Positions 1-19,870 of a DNA stretch of 53,412 nucleotides are shown here, piece by piece (within the stretch, counting starts at the first letter, position 1; each line of letters starts with the position of its first letter). The DNA comes from Chromera velia (taxonomy: Eukaryota), in assembly GCA_018398765.1 (NCBI GenBank), contig JAHBMJ010000260.1, positions 1 to 53,412 on the forward strand, in the 5' to 3' direction. A model generated the notes under the pieces. The model saw nothing but the letters and a program-made list of their open reading frames with translations. It ran no database searches and was not told where the DNA came from. Both the position numbers and the translations under genes were made by a program.

Positions 1-133
1 GGGGGGGGGGACTGAGGTGAGAGACACGCCGGGAATCGACGCACGCAGCTCATTCGATGGGTGGACATGCAGGCTCAAATTGTTGGGTGGGTGTGTGCGT
101 GGGTGGGTGGGAGGAAAGTATTCTTGAGTGTGT

Positions 134-181
<48 letters not shown>

Positions 182-209
182 CAAGCAGGCGAGCGAGCGA
201 GCGAGCGAG

Positions 210-260
<51 letters not shown>

Positions 261-442
261 AAGAAGAAATAAAACGCGCATATGTGTGTGCGGTTGTCCG
301 CGTAGTACACATGAGTCAAGAAAGACAGTCTGTAGTTGACGTCGCGTTGGTTTATTGGATGCAACACAGCCTAATAGTTCCACACTTAAATTCTTTCTTT
401 TCATATGTACTCACATGCATTTCTGCTGCTGACCGAGGGCAG

Positions 443-910
443 ACCTGTCCGAGAACATCTTGGGAGAAGAGGGGGCAGATGCGCTGGCGAAACTTCTCGT
501 TCTTCCCTCAGTGAGGCTTCAGGTCACTTTCCTTGTCTATCTTCTTTTCTGTTTACTTTTATCTAGTCATTATGTTTTCGTCCCGCATTATTTTCTTGTG
601 CATCTATCCCTTAAAGAGTAAGTGTGTCCGTCATTTTCTCTTTATTTGGTACTTGATTCAGTTCACTTGTGTCTCTGCATATTTTTTGGGGGTGTCCCTT
701 GGTAAGTCAGTAGGTCCGGCAGCCCGCCTGTTGCATAGAATTTGCTGAATCGTTTGTTTAACTCTCTGCGTTTCCTGTGGCTAATTTTCGTTTCCTTTCT
801 TCCCGGTCTATGCGCAGGCATTAGGCGCACACAGTAATAATATACAGGCCTAGAGGTCCTTGTCTTCCGTATGTGTTGACATCGACGTGCACGAGCGGGC
901 GGGAGCTTTC

Positions 911-951
<41 letters not shown>

Positions 952-2772
952 TGTGTATGTGTGCGTGTGTGTGTGTGTGTGTGTTGCGTGCAGACCTTGC
1001 GGCTCCACCGTTGCGGTTTGGGTATTGGAGGCGTTTTGCGTTTGTTGTCTGCTGTTTGCGTGGGCGGAGAGGGAGACCAAGACACACAGGTTCTTTCTGT
1101 CAGAGGAGATCTTCGAACCGTGGGGTCAGAGACTGAGGAAGGGAGCGGGTGCCGAGAGGGAAGCGCCGGGGTGGAAGGCTCAGCAGATGTTGATTTAATC
1201 CTCCAGGGATTGAGAGAGAGAGACACGGAGATGGAGACCGGGGGAGACATTGAGAGAGACCAACCCGGGGAGGGAGAAGCGAAAGAGGATCCGCAAGCTG
1301 TCAATGGAATTTTTCACGAGGCTGTTGAAGGAGAGGGCGGGAAGGAACAAACGAAGGGGGATACTGCAGAAGAGCACAGGACGGCAGGGAGGTCCGAACA
1401 CGAAACACCCGAAAAGGAAACGAAGACGATGAAAAGTCTGGATCTTTCAGGTCTGTCTGTCTGCAGGTGCATCATTGTCTGCGTCTGAATCTGGTTCTTT
1501 GTCTTTGTCTGCATGGGCACGCAAACGAAACAACACATGAACAGTACCAATGGGCGAACGCATACGAGCAGGTTTTTCATCCTGCATCGCTTGTATACAC
1601 TCAGATGCCCCGCGGGTTTTTTGAGGTCCTCAACTAGCCGTGCCAATCCGCGTCTGAATGTGTTTTGTGGCAACTCAATGTTTTTGTGTACTGTGTCGCG
1701 CAGTCACCCTCCCTCCTTCTTTGTTTGTCCTTGGTCAGCCCATGTGATGGGGATATGGGTCAGGGCAACTCGCACGCATGCTAACATGAAAATAAACATG
1801 GAGGATTAAGCAATTCTTTGCCTGCGCACGCATTTCCTCTGTCTTGCCACAGCCAATGGACACACGGGTACGGGTCGACAATGGGTTGAGGAATGTGGAA
1901 TAAGGCTTTCTGCAGTCAGTCCGTCAGTCAGTAGTGCATGGACGTGCTTGACTGTGGCTTCGTCGCTTTTTTCTTTTTGTTTTTCACCGGGCCTATCAGC
2001 TGTTCGCTGTCAGCTGACTTCTCCCTTTTCCCCCACCTTTGTTCCTGCGTGCCTGCCTGTCATCTGTGTGTTTCTGTTCTCTGTTGCCCGTCCTGTCAGC
2101 CTCTTCACACCAACAGGACGGCTAATTGTGGTGCTGGCCCAATGCGCACGTTGTTCTCCTCTCTATTCCGCTTCATTGACTACAATTTTGTGTTCGACAT
2201 CCTCTAAAGCTCTGTCATTCACATTGAGGTCTTTTGATGTCAGATTTCGTTTCCTTCGTTGATCTATCTGTGCAGGTGCTTGGCAATGCACGTCGGGTCG
2301 AATGTTCTGTTCTAATTCTGTCTGTGCCTGACGAGGCTTCGGGGTGGGCAGAGCGGACTCTTGGGAAGCAGGCGGAGTTCCGGGGTTGCAAGGTGGGTCG
2401 ATCGGCATGCAGTGCTCGCTGTAACGGTTGGTTGGTTTCACATCATGCCAGACGGATTTGATGAGGAGAGAGAAGAAGATCGGCCGGCCGGGAGGGTAGG
2501 AGGAAGCGAGGGTGTTTCTTCAACAGCTGGGTGACACACCAAGACTGTCTTGTCCGATCTTTCCTTCCATGGGGGGGGGACTGCTCTGCATGGATCTGTC
2601 GTCCTCTGCACGCATTCACTCGGAACAGAACCTGCTTCTCTGCCTCTGTCTTTCCGATCTGCCGTCTAGTCACACAGATGGTTGTCCATGGACAACCTGC
2701 GAGAGCCCAAGCACGCACGCACACACACATACACACACACACATACACATACACACACATACACGCACACAT

Positions 2773-2817
<45 letters not shown>

Positions 2818-2828
2818 CACACACACAC

Positions 2829-2859
<31 letters not shown>

Positions 2860-2950
2860 TACACACGCACGTATTCCATCCTTTTTGCAGCTCTTGGTGC
2901 TTCCAAACAGTCGGAACAACATCAACAACCCCCTCGTCGGAGACACTTGA
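443..2950 (+). CDS. Leucine-rich repeat (RI-like) protein, 3' part; 5' exons lie upstream of 443 or outside the window
   Basis: Phase-consistent GT-AG exons 443-522, 994-1450, 1853-1914, 2276-2392, 2891-2950 (TGA). They give [45 protein letters not shown]...MKSLDLS/ANG, matching LxxLxLxxN/CxL RI-like LRR motifs. Confidence 0.75.
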
Positions 2951-3449
2951 GGCATCGCGAGGTGTCATAGGAGGGGTCCACCTCCATCTTTGGTATCATT
3001 CGAATAACGGTTCATGTTCTACGGCACTGAAGCTACATTCATGGAGTCGTCCCCGGAATTCATGAAAGAGGCTAGGAAAAAGGGATTGTGAGATCAGACT
3101 CAGATCTTTATACTGCCAGTCACGCGGCCAGTGGCAGTATAACCACCATTCTTTTAAAGCCAGAGCCAGAATCTTGCAAAGATTTGTATATAACCAGTCC
3201 TTTGTACAACTAGAAAGAATATGAAAACTGTAATCAAAGTCTGAGAGATAATGGTACCCGATTCGAGTTTCGAACCCTATAGAATAGTTTGAACCACAAC
3301 TCTAGCCACAAGTAAAACTCCAAAAACTTTTTTTACCTTTTGTTCTAGGTTTTGTGTCAACTAGAGTATGATAGGGGGCACCGTTACCAAGCTAAGTGGC
3401 TAGTATGGAAGACGCTTACATAGGAACCTGCCAGTCTCATGAAGAGGCT

Positions 3450-3690
3450 TGCGGCTCGAGAGGTAGAAGAGTTTAAAAAAACTAGTTAAAAAGACTATAG
3501 TAAAAGGAGAAGCAATTATGAAGCAATCAATTTAGAATTGATTGGCTGACAGATATTAGTGACAGATTCCTTTTCTTTTTCCCTTTTCTAGGATTGAACG
3601 CAAACATTTTCTTGCCTAATGTTACATGTATCCGTAACTGGATACGGATAACGATCGCGTATCATAGTTATAGTTATATACTAGTCATGC
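3450..3690 (+). repeat. Dispersed degenerate repeat; inverted copy at about 41520-41745
   Basis: 3641-3678 matches the reverse complement of 41529-41566 at 31/38. Patchier similarity extends upstream (cttgcctaa/cctgcctaa; agaagagtt; ttgatt..gacag). Confidence 0.65.
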
Positions 3691-4471
3691 ATGACATTGT
3701 ATGTGAATCATAATGTGATCATTGATAAAAAATATATATATACATTTACAGACTCGGATTTTTTTCTCCCCCGCCGGCTATCTAAGCCCATTTTATACTA
3801 CTACTAGGCTACTGCTAGACTTATAACATAAAGTAGAATATAAAACATAACTCTAAAATAAATTTAACATAAGCTCTTTGCTTGTTTGCATAAGCAACAA
3901 TTTGAACTTAAAGGATGTGGTAGAAAAAAAAATAAATCTTTCAAGTTTAATATTTTTTAAAAATAACTGTGTACCACCTACGTATACGCATACTTTTTTT
4001 AAAAAACGAATCTATATATATTTAATAGTCTATCATACTGTTTATGCATACAGCTTAAGAGGTTGATGATACCGTTGATCTCTGGGTTGATTTAGCAGTG
4101 CATCTATCTAGGAGTGAGTAACATATACTAGGAATTACTAGGATAGCTACGTTGTTTGCTCAGTTGTTTGTTACAATTAAGGACTGCACTCAGGCTGTAG
4201 AGGCAGCATAACCAATATATTTTAAAAACAGTATGCTTTAGCAGCTAAATTTATGCACAGCTAGCTAATAGCATTGTCCTGGACCATTGTCATTTATACG
4301 TCTTCATGATGAATCTTTCTATTATATTTAGTTTTTAAAAAACGTGGTGTCTCCATGTGTCTCCATCTGTACCACTCTTCATCTGATTCACCTTTCGATC
4401 CATTGCTCTTCCCCCCTACCCTCCCAGATATTTACAGAAAGTGATGCTCCTCAGGCTTCTCCCAGGGCTTC

Positions 4472-5260
4472 TTACGGAGACATCCACTGAGCAAGTGCAG
4501 TCTTTGTGAGGGGCCAAATCCACCCTGAATCCTCGTGCGACATCTGTCTCGTGAATTCTTTGCGGAGAGGGGCGTCATGAGAGAGCACGAGCACAGTGTC
4601 TGCGCGCGCCTCTTTTTTGTTGCGTTCAGGCAGGACCTGGGGCTCGGTCTGTGCATCTGCCGGGGGAGTGTAGGCAGGCAGTGCAACCCCTACATAGTTG
4701 CAGGGCATGTGTCCCTGACCTCCCGCACATGAGAGAAGTTGAAGGGTCGTTGGGAAGGGTCCCCCTCGTTCGGCTGCAAAAAACTGTGCAGAATCACGAT
4801 TTCGGGAATCTGTGAATTTGAGAAGGCACTGGCTAGTGCCCACAGCTTCTCGTGGATTCCTGTAGGAGCACTTCGGGCAGAGAAGGCCATTCACTCCATT
4901 CGCATTCAGCAACGCACACTTTCCTGAGCTGCTGAGTTTTGTGAAGACGCGTCTTGTGATCCCCCGTCCAGATGGAGGTGCTTGGACAGTCGTTTCCATT
5001 GGAGTTGTATGAGAGGACGCAGTACTTTCCGACTGCATGAGTGAGGCGAAGGCCTCTCTGCTGGGCATCTGTCCTTCGTCTGAATGACTCCCCCCCTCTC
5101 CCTCTCCAGCCGTCACTTCCCCCCCCTCCATCGTTGCATTGCCTTCTCCGATCGGGTGCGTTTTGCTGGGACTCGATCTGAAGTCGGGAGGGAGTGTTGC
5201 TATATTGGGTTCGTCTCCGGCCTCAGGGGGGCCATCTGGAGGCACTTCAGGAAATACGGG
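4472..5260 (-). CDS. Terminal exon of a hypothetical protein, possibly the 3' end of the ankyrin gene; Cys motif CPKC...C-x8-C
   Basis: Non-repetitive 263-codon frame after a pyrimidine-rich acceptor (ttgcag|CCCGTA). Candidate small upstream minus-strand exons at about 5733-5783 (ISLDVSPGESPMYSSTS, donor gtcagt) and 7231-7311 (ALRWPLLFKYLEEL...). Confidence 0.5.
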   Translation of the reverse strand, partial: PVFPEVPPDGPPEAGDEPNIATLPPDFRSSPSKTHPIGEGNATMEGGEVTAGEGEGGSHSDEGQMPSREAFASLMQSESTASSHTTPMETTVQAPPSGRGITRRVFTKLSSSGKCALLNANGVNGLLCPKCSYRNPREAVGTSQCLLKFTDSRNRDSAQFFAAERGGPFPTTLQLLSCAGGQGHMPCNYVGVALPAYTPPADAQTEPQVLPERNKKEARADTVLVLSHDAPLRKEFTRQMSHEDSGWIWPLTKTALAQWMSP

Positions 5261-5973
5261 CTGCAATGGCGATAAAAGTAACCGAGAAAAGCAGCAAGAG
5301 AATCCAGAGTTTCTCAAAAAAGCTGCATGAAGACGCTTTGTGAGCAGATGGTGTCGAGAGCATTCGAGCGAAACAGAGACTGCTGAGATTGAGCCATCAC
5401 GATGTAGCAACCAGCTGGATCGACTACGGCTGAAGATGAAAAGAGAATTAAGGCAATTTTGAATCAGATTCTGCCAAACAATTTGGCCCGGATATGCAGG
5501 GATATGCAGGTGGCAGAGCGCGAGTTATTGAGGGTGCATGAATGTGAGATTTATGGCTGTCTATCGACTTTTATCGATGGGCGGCTGCTCCTTCTCTGTG
5601 TCCCACACTACCTACACCCGGGGGGGACTGACATCCACGACACGAAAGGAGACCAACCCGCAGAAAGAAAAAAGATCCCAATCTCAACAATCGAGTATAC
5701 AAATCAATGCAGAAGGCGGGAAAAAACTGACCGAAGTCGAAGAGTACATGGGGGACTCTCCTGGAGAAACGTCCAGAGAGATCTGCACACAGTAGTGGTG
5801 GTAGTACACACTTTCAGTCGAATAATCAATACATAAGCATCGCGCGTCATACGAAGAACAATACGAGCAAGACGTACAAGATAAAGAGAGAGCTAGAGGC
5901 GCTGATCGAGAGGAGGGCTTCACTTCACTCTGACACCGGTTGGGTGAGCAAATGAGTGAGTGAGGGCCTGCCT

Positions 5974-6001
5974 GTGTCTGTGTCTGTGTCTATGTCTGTG
6001 T

Positions 6002-6038
<37 letters not shown>

Positions 6039-6079
6039 GTGTCTGTCTGTCTGTGTGTGTGTGTGTATGTGTGTGTGTG

Positions 6080-6117
<38 letters not shown>

Positions 6118-6200
6118 TGTTGTGTGTGTCTGTTGTGTGTGTCTGTTGTGTGTGTGTTGTGTGTGTGTTGTGTGTGTGTTGTGTGTGTGTTGTGTGTGTG

Positions 6201-6239
<39 letters not shown>

Positions 6240-6294
6240 CGTGTGTGTGTGTGTGTGTGTGTATGTGTGTGTGGTGTGTGTGTGTGTGTGTGCG

Positions 6295-6340
<46 letters not shown>

Positions 6341-6746
6341 TTTCTATGTCTGATAAACAGTGATACATATACACAGAGAGAACGAGAGAAGGGCAGAAGG
6401 CAAGAAGGGAGCAAGGCAAGAAGCGAGAGGAAGGAATGAGTGAAGAAAGGAAGGAAGGAAGAACGGAAGGAAGGAAGAACGGAAGGAAGGAAGAACGGAG
6501 GGAAGGAAGGAAGGAAGGAAGGAAGGAAGGGAGGGAGGGAGGAAAGAAGGAAGGAAGGAAGGAAGGAAGGAAGAGAGGAAGGAAGGAGAGGAAGGAAGGA
6601 AGAACGGAACGAAAGAAGGAAGGAAGGAAGGAAGCAAGGAAGAAAGGAAGGAAGGAGGGAAGAACGGAACGAAAGAAGGAAGGAAGCAAGCAACGAAGGA
6701 AGGAAGAAAGGAAGGAAGAACGGAACGAAGGAAGGAAGGAAGAAAA

Positions 6747-6777
<31 letters not shown>

Positions 6778-6900
6778 GAAAGAAGGAAAGAAAGAAAAAC
6801 AGAATGAAAGAAACAAAGAAGAAGGCACGAGCGAACAATGGACAAATAAAAAAACAAAAAGACACAACGAAAAAGAAACAGAAAAAGAAACAGAATGAAA
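5974..6900. repeat. Compound intronic microsatellite, (GT)n followed by (GGAA/GAAA)n
   Basis: Directly visible; the source of many spurious ORFs. Confidence 0.95.
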
Positions 6901-7768
6901 GAGAGTCACAGACGAGAAGAAAAAGCTAGAAAGGAAAGGACTTGAGGGAGGCAAATACAGCCGAAGATAGTGACAGAGATGGAGACCTGTCAAGACGGAG
7001 CATGTCAAGGGGGACGGGTGGCCAGGGTGACACTCTATGAAAGTTGTGTGCGTTTCTATGTATTAATATTTAATATATGTGTATGTGAGTGTGCTTCGAG
7101 TTTGCTGCCTTTTGCAGGGCCTTAGAAGAAGGCAAAACGATGTGGAAAGAGAATGAGCAAATACAAACTCAAACGTCATGCCATGATTTGCTCAAAGGTC
7201 TTGTATTGATTGATATGCTCCTGCGCCTACCTGGTCACTGTTACTGCCGCTTCCTTCAGAATCATGAGGCAGCTCCTCGAGGTACTTGAAGAGGAGAGGC
7301 CAACGGAGAGCCTGCACAACGTACAGGGTTTCACATGCAGACAAACACACGTTAATTCCACAGAATGATGCAGCCAAACGGAGGGAGCAGGAGAAAACAG
7401 ACTACGTCGGTGCGATGGCTTTCAACTAGGCTTGCAAGGTCTATTGCTTTAACGGAAACAAACGCCTCAGAATTTCATAGCAATCTGCCAATTAACTTCA
7501 TTTCTTGTGTATCCTTTTCTTTAATTGTCATGAGGTCAGAAATGCACCTTTGTTCCTGCGCTTTCACAAAGGACCGCTGATTTAAAAAAAGAGCGAAAAG
7601 GAGGGAGGCGAAAAGTGGAGTCAACAAGGCTGCATCGAGAACGCGACCAAAGTGTGAGAGACAAACATTTGACTGTGAATGCAGAAGTGGAAAACTGACT
7701 TCTAATGAAGGGCGTCCGCTTCAAAATTTTGCATGCAACTAAAGAAAATTCCAAAAGACCGAACGGAC

Positions 7769-9154
7769 CATTTCACTCTTTGAATAGCCACTCGAGTCCA
7801 GTGTGCAACCTGCGTTTTTCAGAACCTGCACAACCTCTCCGAAGAAGTGGCAGTTCTCATCTGCTGCTGCTTCTGCTACGACAATCAGTGGAGAGCGGGC
7901 CTGTCCTCCGTTGCCGCCCCCCGCTGTGAATCTGAGTGCATCCACCTCAGGGGAAACTCCAGAGTCGAGAAGGAACTTCAACAAATGTTCATAACGTCGT
8001 TCACAGGCAAAGAAGAGGAGAGTGCACGTGTCTGTCTCACACCCTCGAGGTTGAATATCATACTGCGCCGACAGCAAAGCTTCTGCTCTTCTCCCTCTTC
8101 CTTTCTCACTGTGGACTATTTTCTGTATCACACCGACGAGGTTTTGCTGCCACTCCAGCTCATCATGCAGATTAAGCCGTCTCTGTCCAAAAAGAGTTGC
8201 CATTGAAATGCAACTTGGACTGAAGGGAGCCCCTGCTGCAAGGAGAATCTCAACAACCGAGGGCAGAAGGAGACCGCATGCCAAGGACAGTGCCGTCACC
8301 TCGAAAACCCCCTTGCCCACTCTTTTCTGGCTGAACACCTGCCACGGGACAGTCGCTGTCATTCCCAGACAATCGCATGCTCGAGATGCCTCTGTCAGCT
8401 TCTTCAAGAGCGACAACCCCTCTTCCATTTGTCCTTCTCCATCTGCGTATTTGGTGGGAATTTTGAGCTGCAGAACAAGAGCCATGAGGGGGCTCTTTCC
8501 GGGGAAGGGACGACGATATTTACTCCAGTCCACCGGACAGTAGTTATACCCCGAAACACTTTCGACCCACCCAAATTCCCCCACTGGCCAGTCACAGAAG
8601 TCGAGGGGCGGACCCATTTCCAGCAGCGCTTCTGCACAGTCAAACCTCCCCCCCTCGTTCAATGCAGAAAAGAGGGGTGTGTGCATATCCACATAAGGGC
8701 TGTACTGGAACAACACCCAACGCTTCTAGACCCACATGTCTGGTCGCAAGACCTTCTTCTCGATCAGCTCGCACAGCGCCTTCTTGCTGAATGCACAGAG
8801 CACGTCAGCCGACACATTTGCTGGCATGAAGAGAGGAAATCCACTGGAGTTCATTGTGATCAGTTCAAAAGAAGCGGGCTTATCAATAGACCTTTCCAGC
8901 ACAAAAGGAAGTCGAACACACAGTGATAGAACAACACCCAGCGCCCTCACATTCTGATTATCAATGAGCACACACACCAAAGCTTGCAACTTTGCCCGCT
9001 CAGAAGCAGACAGAAATATGTTCTTCAGGGCTAAGGGATGTTCACGGAGAGAGGAGAGGCTCTTTGACAAGCATGAAAGTGTCCAGAGGATGCGCAAATC
9101 GAACACGCCTCTCGTGCAGAGCACTTCTGTAAGTAAAGAATTCTCCAAATACAT
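7769..9154 (-). pseudogene. Ankyrin-repeat protein with F-box-like N-terminus, interrupted by an in-frame TAG at 8726-8728
   Basis: ORFs 8726-9154 and 7739-8716 share one frame (RPDMWV*KRWVLFQY). Ankyrin-like units: TPLFSAL..FDCAEALLEMG, SPLMALV, TALSLAC..VVEILLAAGA, TLLFFAC..LLKFLLDSG, SPLIVVA. The N-terminus LLTEVL..FDLRILWTLSCLSKSL resembles an F-box. Probable donor after SKSEM (gtccgt, 7768). Confidence 0.6.
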
Positions 9155-9483
9155 ATTTTGGGGACACTGTTGCTTTTGTGTTGTAGTTTGAACTTGAGTA
9201 CCATCAATACATAGAGCCTTTCATCCCCGCTCATAGTGCACCCATTCTCTTCAGTCGGAAGCACTCAGTGAAGAACAAACACCAAAGCAACAGTAGTCTT
9301 GTCATATAGATTATTACGTCGCCTATATAATTATAAGTGTCTGACTCGATCCCGTCTACATGCACAATGATCGACATGGCAACAGACACCCTGCATGCAT
9401 GCATGCATGGAGTCGGACCTGCATGGAATGTCAAAAAAGCTTCTTTAGTGTCTCTCTGGTCCTTTGTCGGCTGAGTGGGACTA

Positions 9484-9582
9484 TACCATTTTCAGTCAAG
9501 CTATCCTGGAATGTCAAAAATGCTGGCTGGGACTACCATTTTCAGTCAAGCTATCCTGGAATGTCAAAAAAGCTGGCTGGGA
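9484..9582 (+). repeat. 50-bp tandem duplication in the divergent intergenic region between the ankyrin gene and RSP3
   Basis: taccattttcagtcaagctatcctggaatgtcaaaaa(t/a)gctggctggga occurs twice with period 50. A partial third copy, tggaatgtcaaaaaagct, is at 9424-9441. Confidence 0.9.
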
Positions 9583-10061
9583 GATGCAAGATACCATGCA
9601 TGCAAAAAAAAATACTAGCTAGCTGCAACTAGCTGCCACTGAGCCGATCCGCTCTGCCAGACTTATTTTCTCCTAGCTTGCGCGCGGTCTCATTAGAAAT
9701 AAAATTAATTAATTTTAATTCATTCTCGTATATACATGCATATATATACACATCCGCATCTACAGGTTGAACTACAATCATTCGGCCATCACTACGTTTT
9801 TGTACCGGATCAGCATCCTCCTGTACTGAAGTGTTCTGATCCAACACAATGTCGAAGTCCTCCGAAGCTTGAATATAGGCGAGAGCAAGGCAACAGACGG
9901 CAGAACTGCGCCCCTGGAGCATGTGTCTTGCCTTGATACATGCTCACAAGAGAAGTCATCAAACATCGCAGGTCCACCAAGAAGCTACAGCGCACTTCAC
10001 CTCTGTTCTTGGTTCGTTGAGAAAAACGATTGGATAGAAAAGCAGGGGGTCGAGGATAAGA

Positions 10062-18102
<8,041 letters not shown>

Positions 18103-19131
18103 ATGAAGAGAAGAAGGCGGGGCAGAGATGAGGGACGCCGCGTGAATGGGTTCAACCATGAGGTATTCTTTGTTACTATGGCAGCTTATGGAAAGTAACA
18201 CATTAAACTGAATTGAATTGTGGTACTGTATGATAAGAATCTAATTTGACATAATAACAAGTCTAATGAATGAATGAATGAATGAATGAATGAATGAAGT
18301 TGGCTTTGCTAATAAAAATTTATTATAAAATCTAGAGAGTCATAAATATAAGAAAAAATCCTTTAAAAGAATCAAAGTAATTTTAGAAATGAATTTGAAT
18401 GATATCATCTAGGATATCATAGTGCATTATTACTAACTTAGACCTGTGTTTAGTATATTGTTTACTTTGACATCATTAATTTTAATTTTTGTTTTTAAAA
18501 AAGTTTGACCATATATGTTATTTACTTAAAAGAGAATAACATATTGTTTGAATAAGTATTTACTACGTAAACTAGCAAGTAAATACAATTCAATCAACTA
18601 AACGCAACTTACTGCTAGTTCAACTTACTTCCAAATACATCTAAACTTATATTCATGAACTTCAGTAAAGCAGTCTCTAAATCAGTCTACGTTATCACAA
18701 ATTTTAAAAAAATGTATGTACTTACCTAGGTACTTACATATTATAAAAAACATTGGAGCTGGATGTGTTATCATGTGTGAGCAGTTCTTTGAGAACAAGT
18801 TTCGGACTAGGTTTGGGGAAGCCTAGCTATAAAGGGCGGAACATAGTGAATTTATCAAGAAATCAACGAATCAATCAAATAATTTGTATGCAGGGCTTTT
18901 CAGCTCTTGAGCTGCTGGTCTGCTGCCCCCCCTTCCAGACAGGGTCGATCTTTCATTTATTGACAATTCATCCTTTGTTGGCTCGTTTGGTCCTGCTCGG
19001 CAGCCTCTGCTCTGTTTTGATGGAAGCTAGGATGGAACACGAACAGTTTGTGTGTGACCCCACATATGATCTGAAAATTCCGATCCACTGCATTCAGATG
19101 CTGAATTAAAGATTTTCGACTGAGACCCCAA

Positions 19132-19833
19132 TTACATGATCATGGTTCCCGGTGGGTGTTCGTAGAGGACGTCTGTTCTTGCCACGAATTTCCTTCCCTC
19201 CTCAACCATTTCGCCTTCATGGAGAGGAGACAGCGGATGGTACCCGTGGAAGAAACAGAGGACGCTGCCCTGACGCGGAGTCACAGAGAATTCTGAATTG
19301 GCGATGCGGAACCTCGTCCCCCCCCCGTTGAATCCATCGTTCAGATAGATCAGAAACGTCAGCCAGGAGAAGCACCTTCCGTCAAACACATCGGACACCG
19401 GCGCGCCGCCCCTCAACCCAGATCCGGTCCACCCACCGTCCGTGTGCCATCTGAAGATGTCATCCTTGGAGTAACGGTACAGCCGCCACCTTCTGTTCAA
19501 CCCGAACAGAGACAAGCGCATCCCAGAGCCAACGCTCAACTCACCTGCACGCCCTCATCACGCATTGACTTCAATCTGTCAAGAAATTGAACGTACCGAG
19601 ACTCAGTGGAGAAAAGAAAAAACAAACATACCATGCAAAAAAAAAACATGCAGTGGATTTTGCGACACATGCTTACGGAAAGAGGGAGCAAGGCAGCCGG
19701 CAATGTGAGGCACGTCGGTGCAACACTTGTGATGAAAAACACATTGAAACACTTGTGATGAAAATCACATTGAATCGGACATACGGAGTCGAACGTCTCG
19801 ACCAAAAATACACACACTGACAGACACGGGCAC

Positions 19834-19870
<37 letters not shown>

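Noticed and set aside
3252..3327. tRNA-like 3' end on the minus strand (GGGTTCGAAACTC...GGTACCA)
   Set aside because: No complementary 5' acceptor arm, D arm or anticodon stem; at most a decayed SINE/B-box fragment.
5920..7008. Long ORFs rich in HT, CV, ER and SFL repeats, here and throughout the window
   Set aside because: These are translations of stop-free microsatellites within introns.
8726..8728. Stop-codon reassignment as the explanation of the internal TAG
   Set aside because: Genes here end in TAG (kinase), TAA (oxygenase, Vps52) and TGA, and no conserved gene has internal stops.
9424..9582. CRISPR-like appearance of short direct repeats (also 21400-22000 and 41760-42060)
   Set aside because: These are tandem or degenerate units without unique spacers, there are no cas genes, and the context is eukaryotic.
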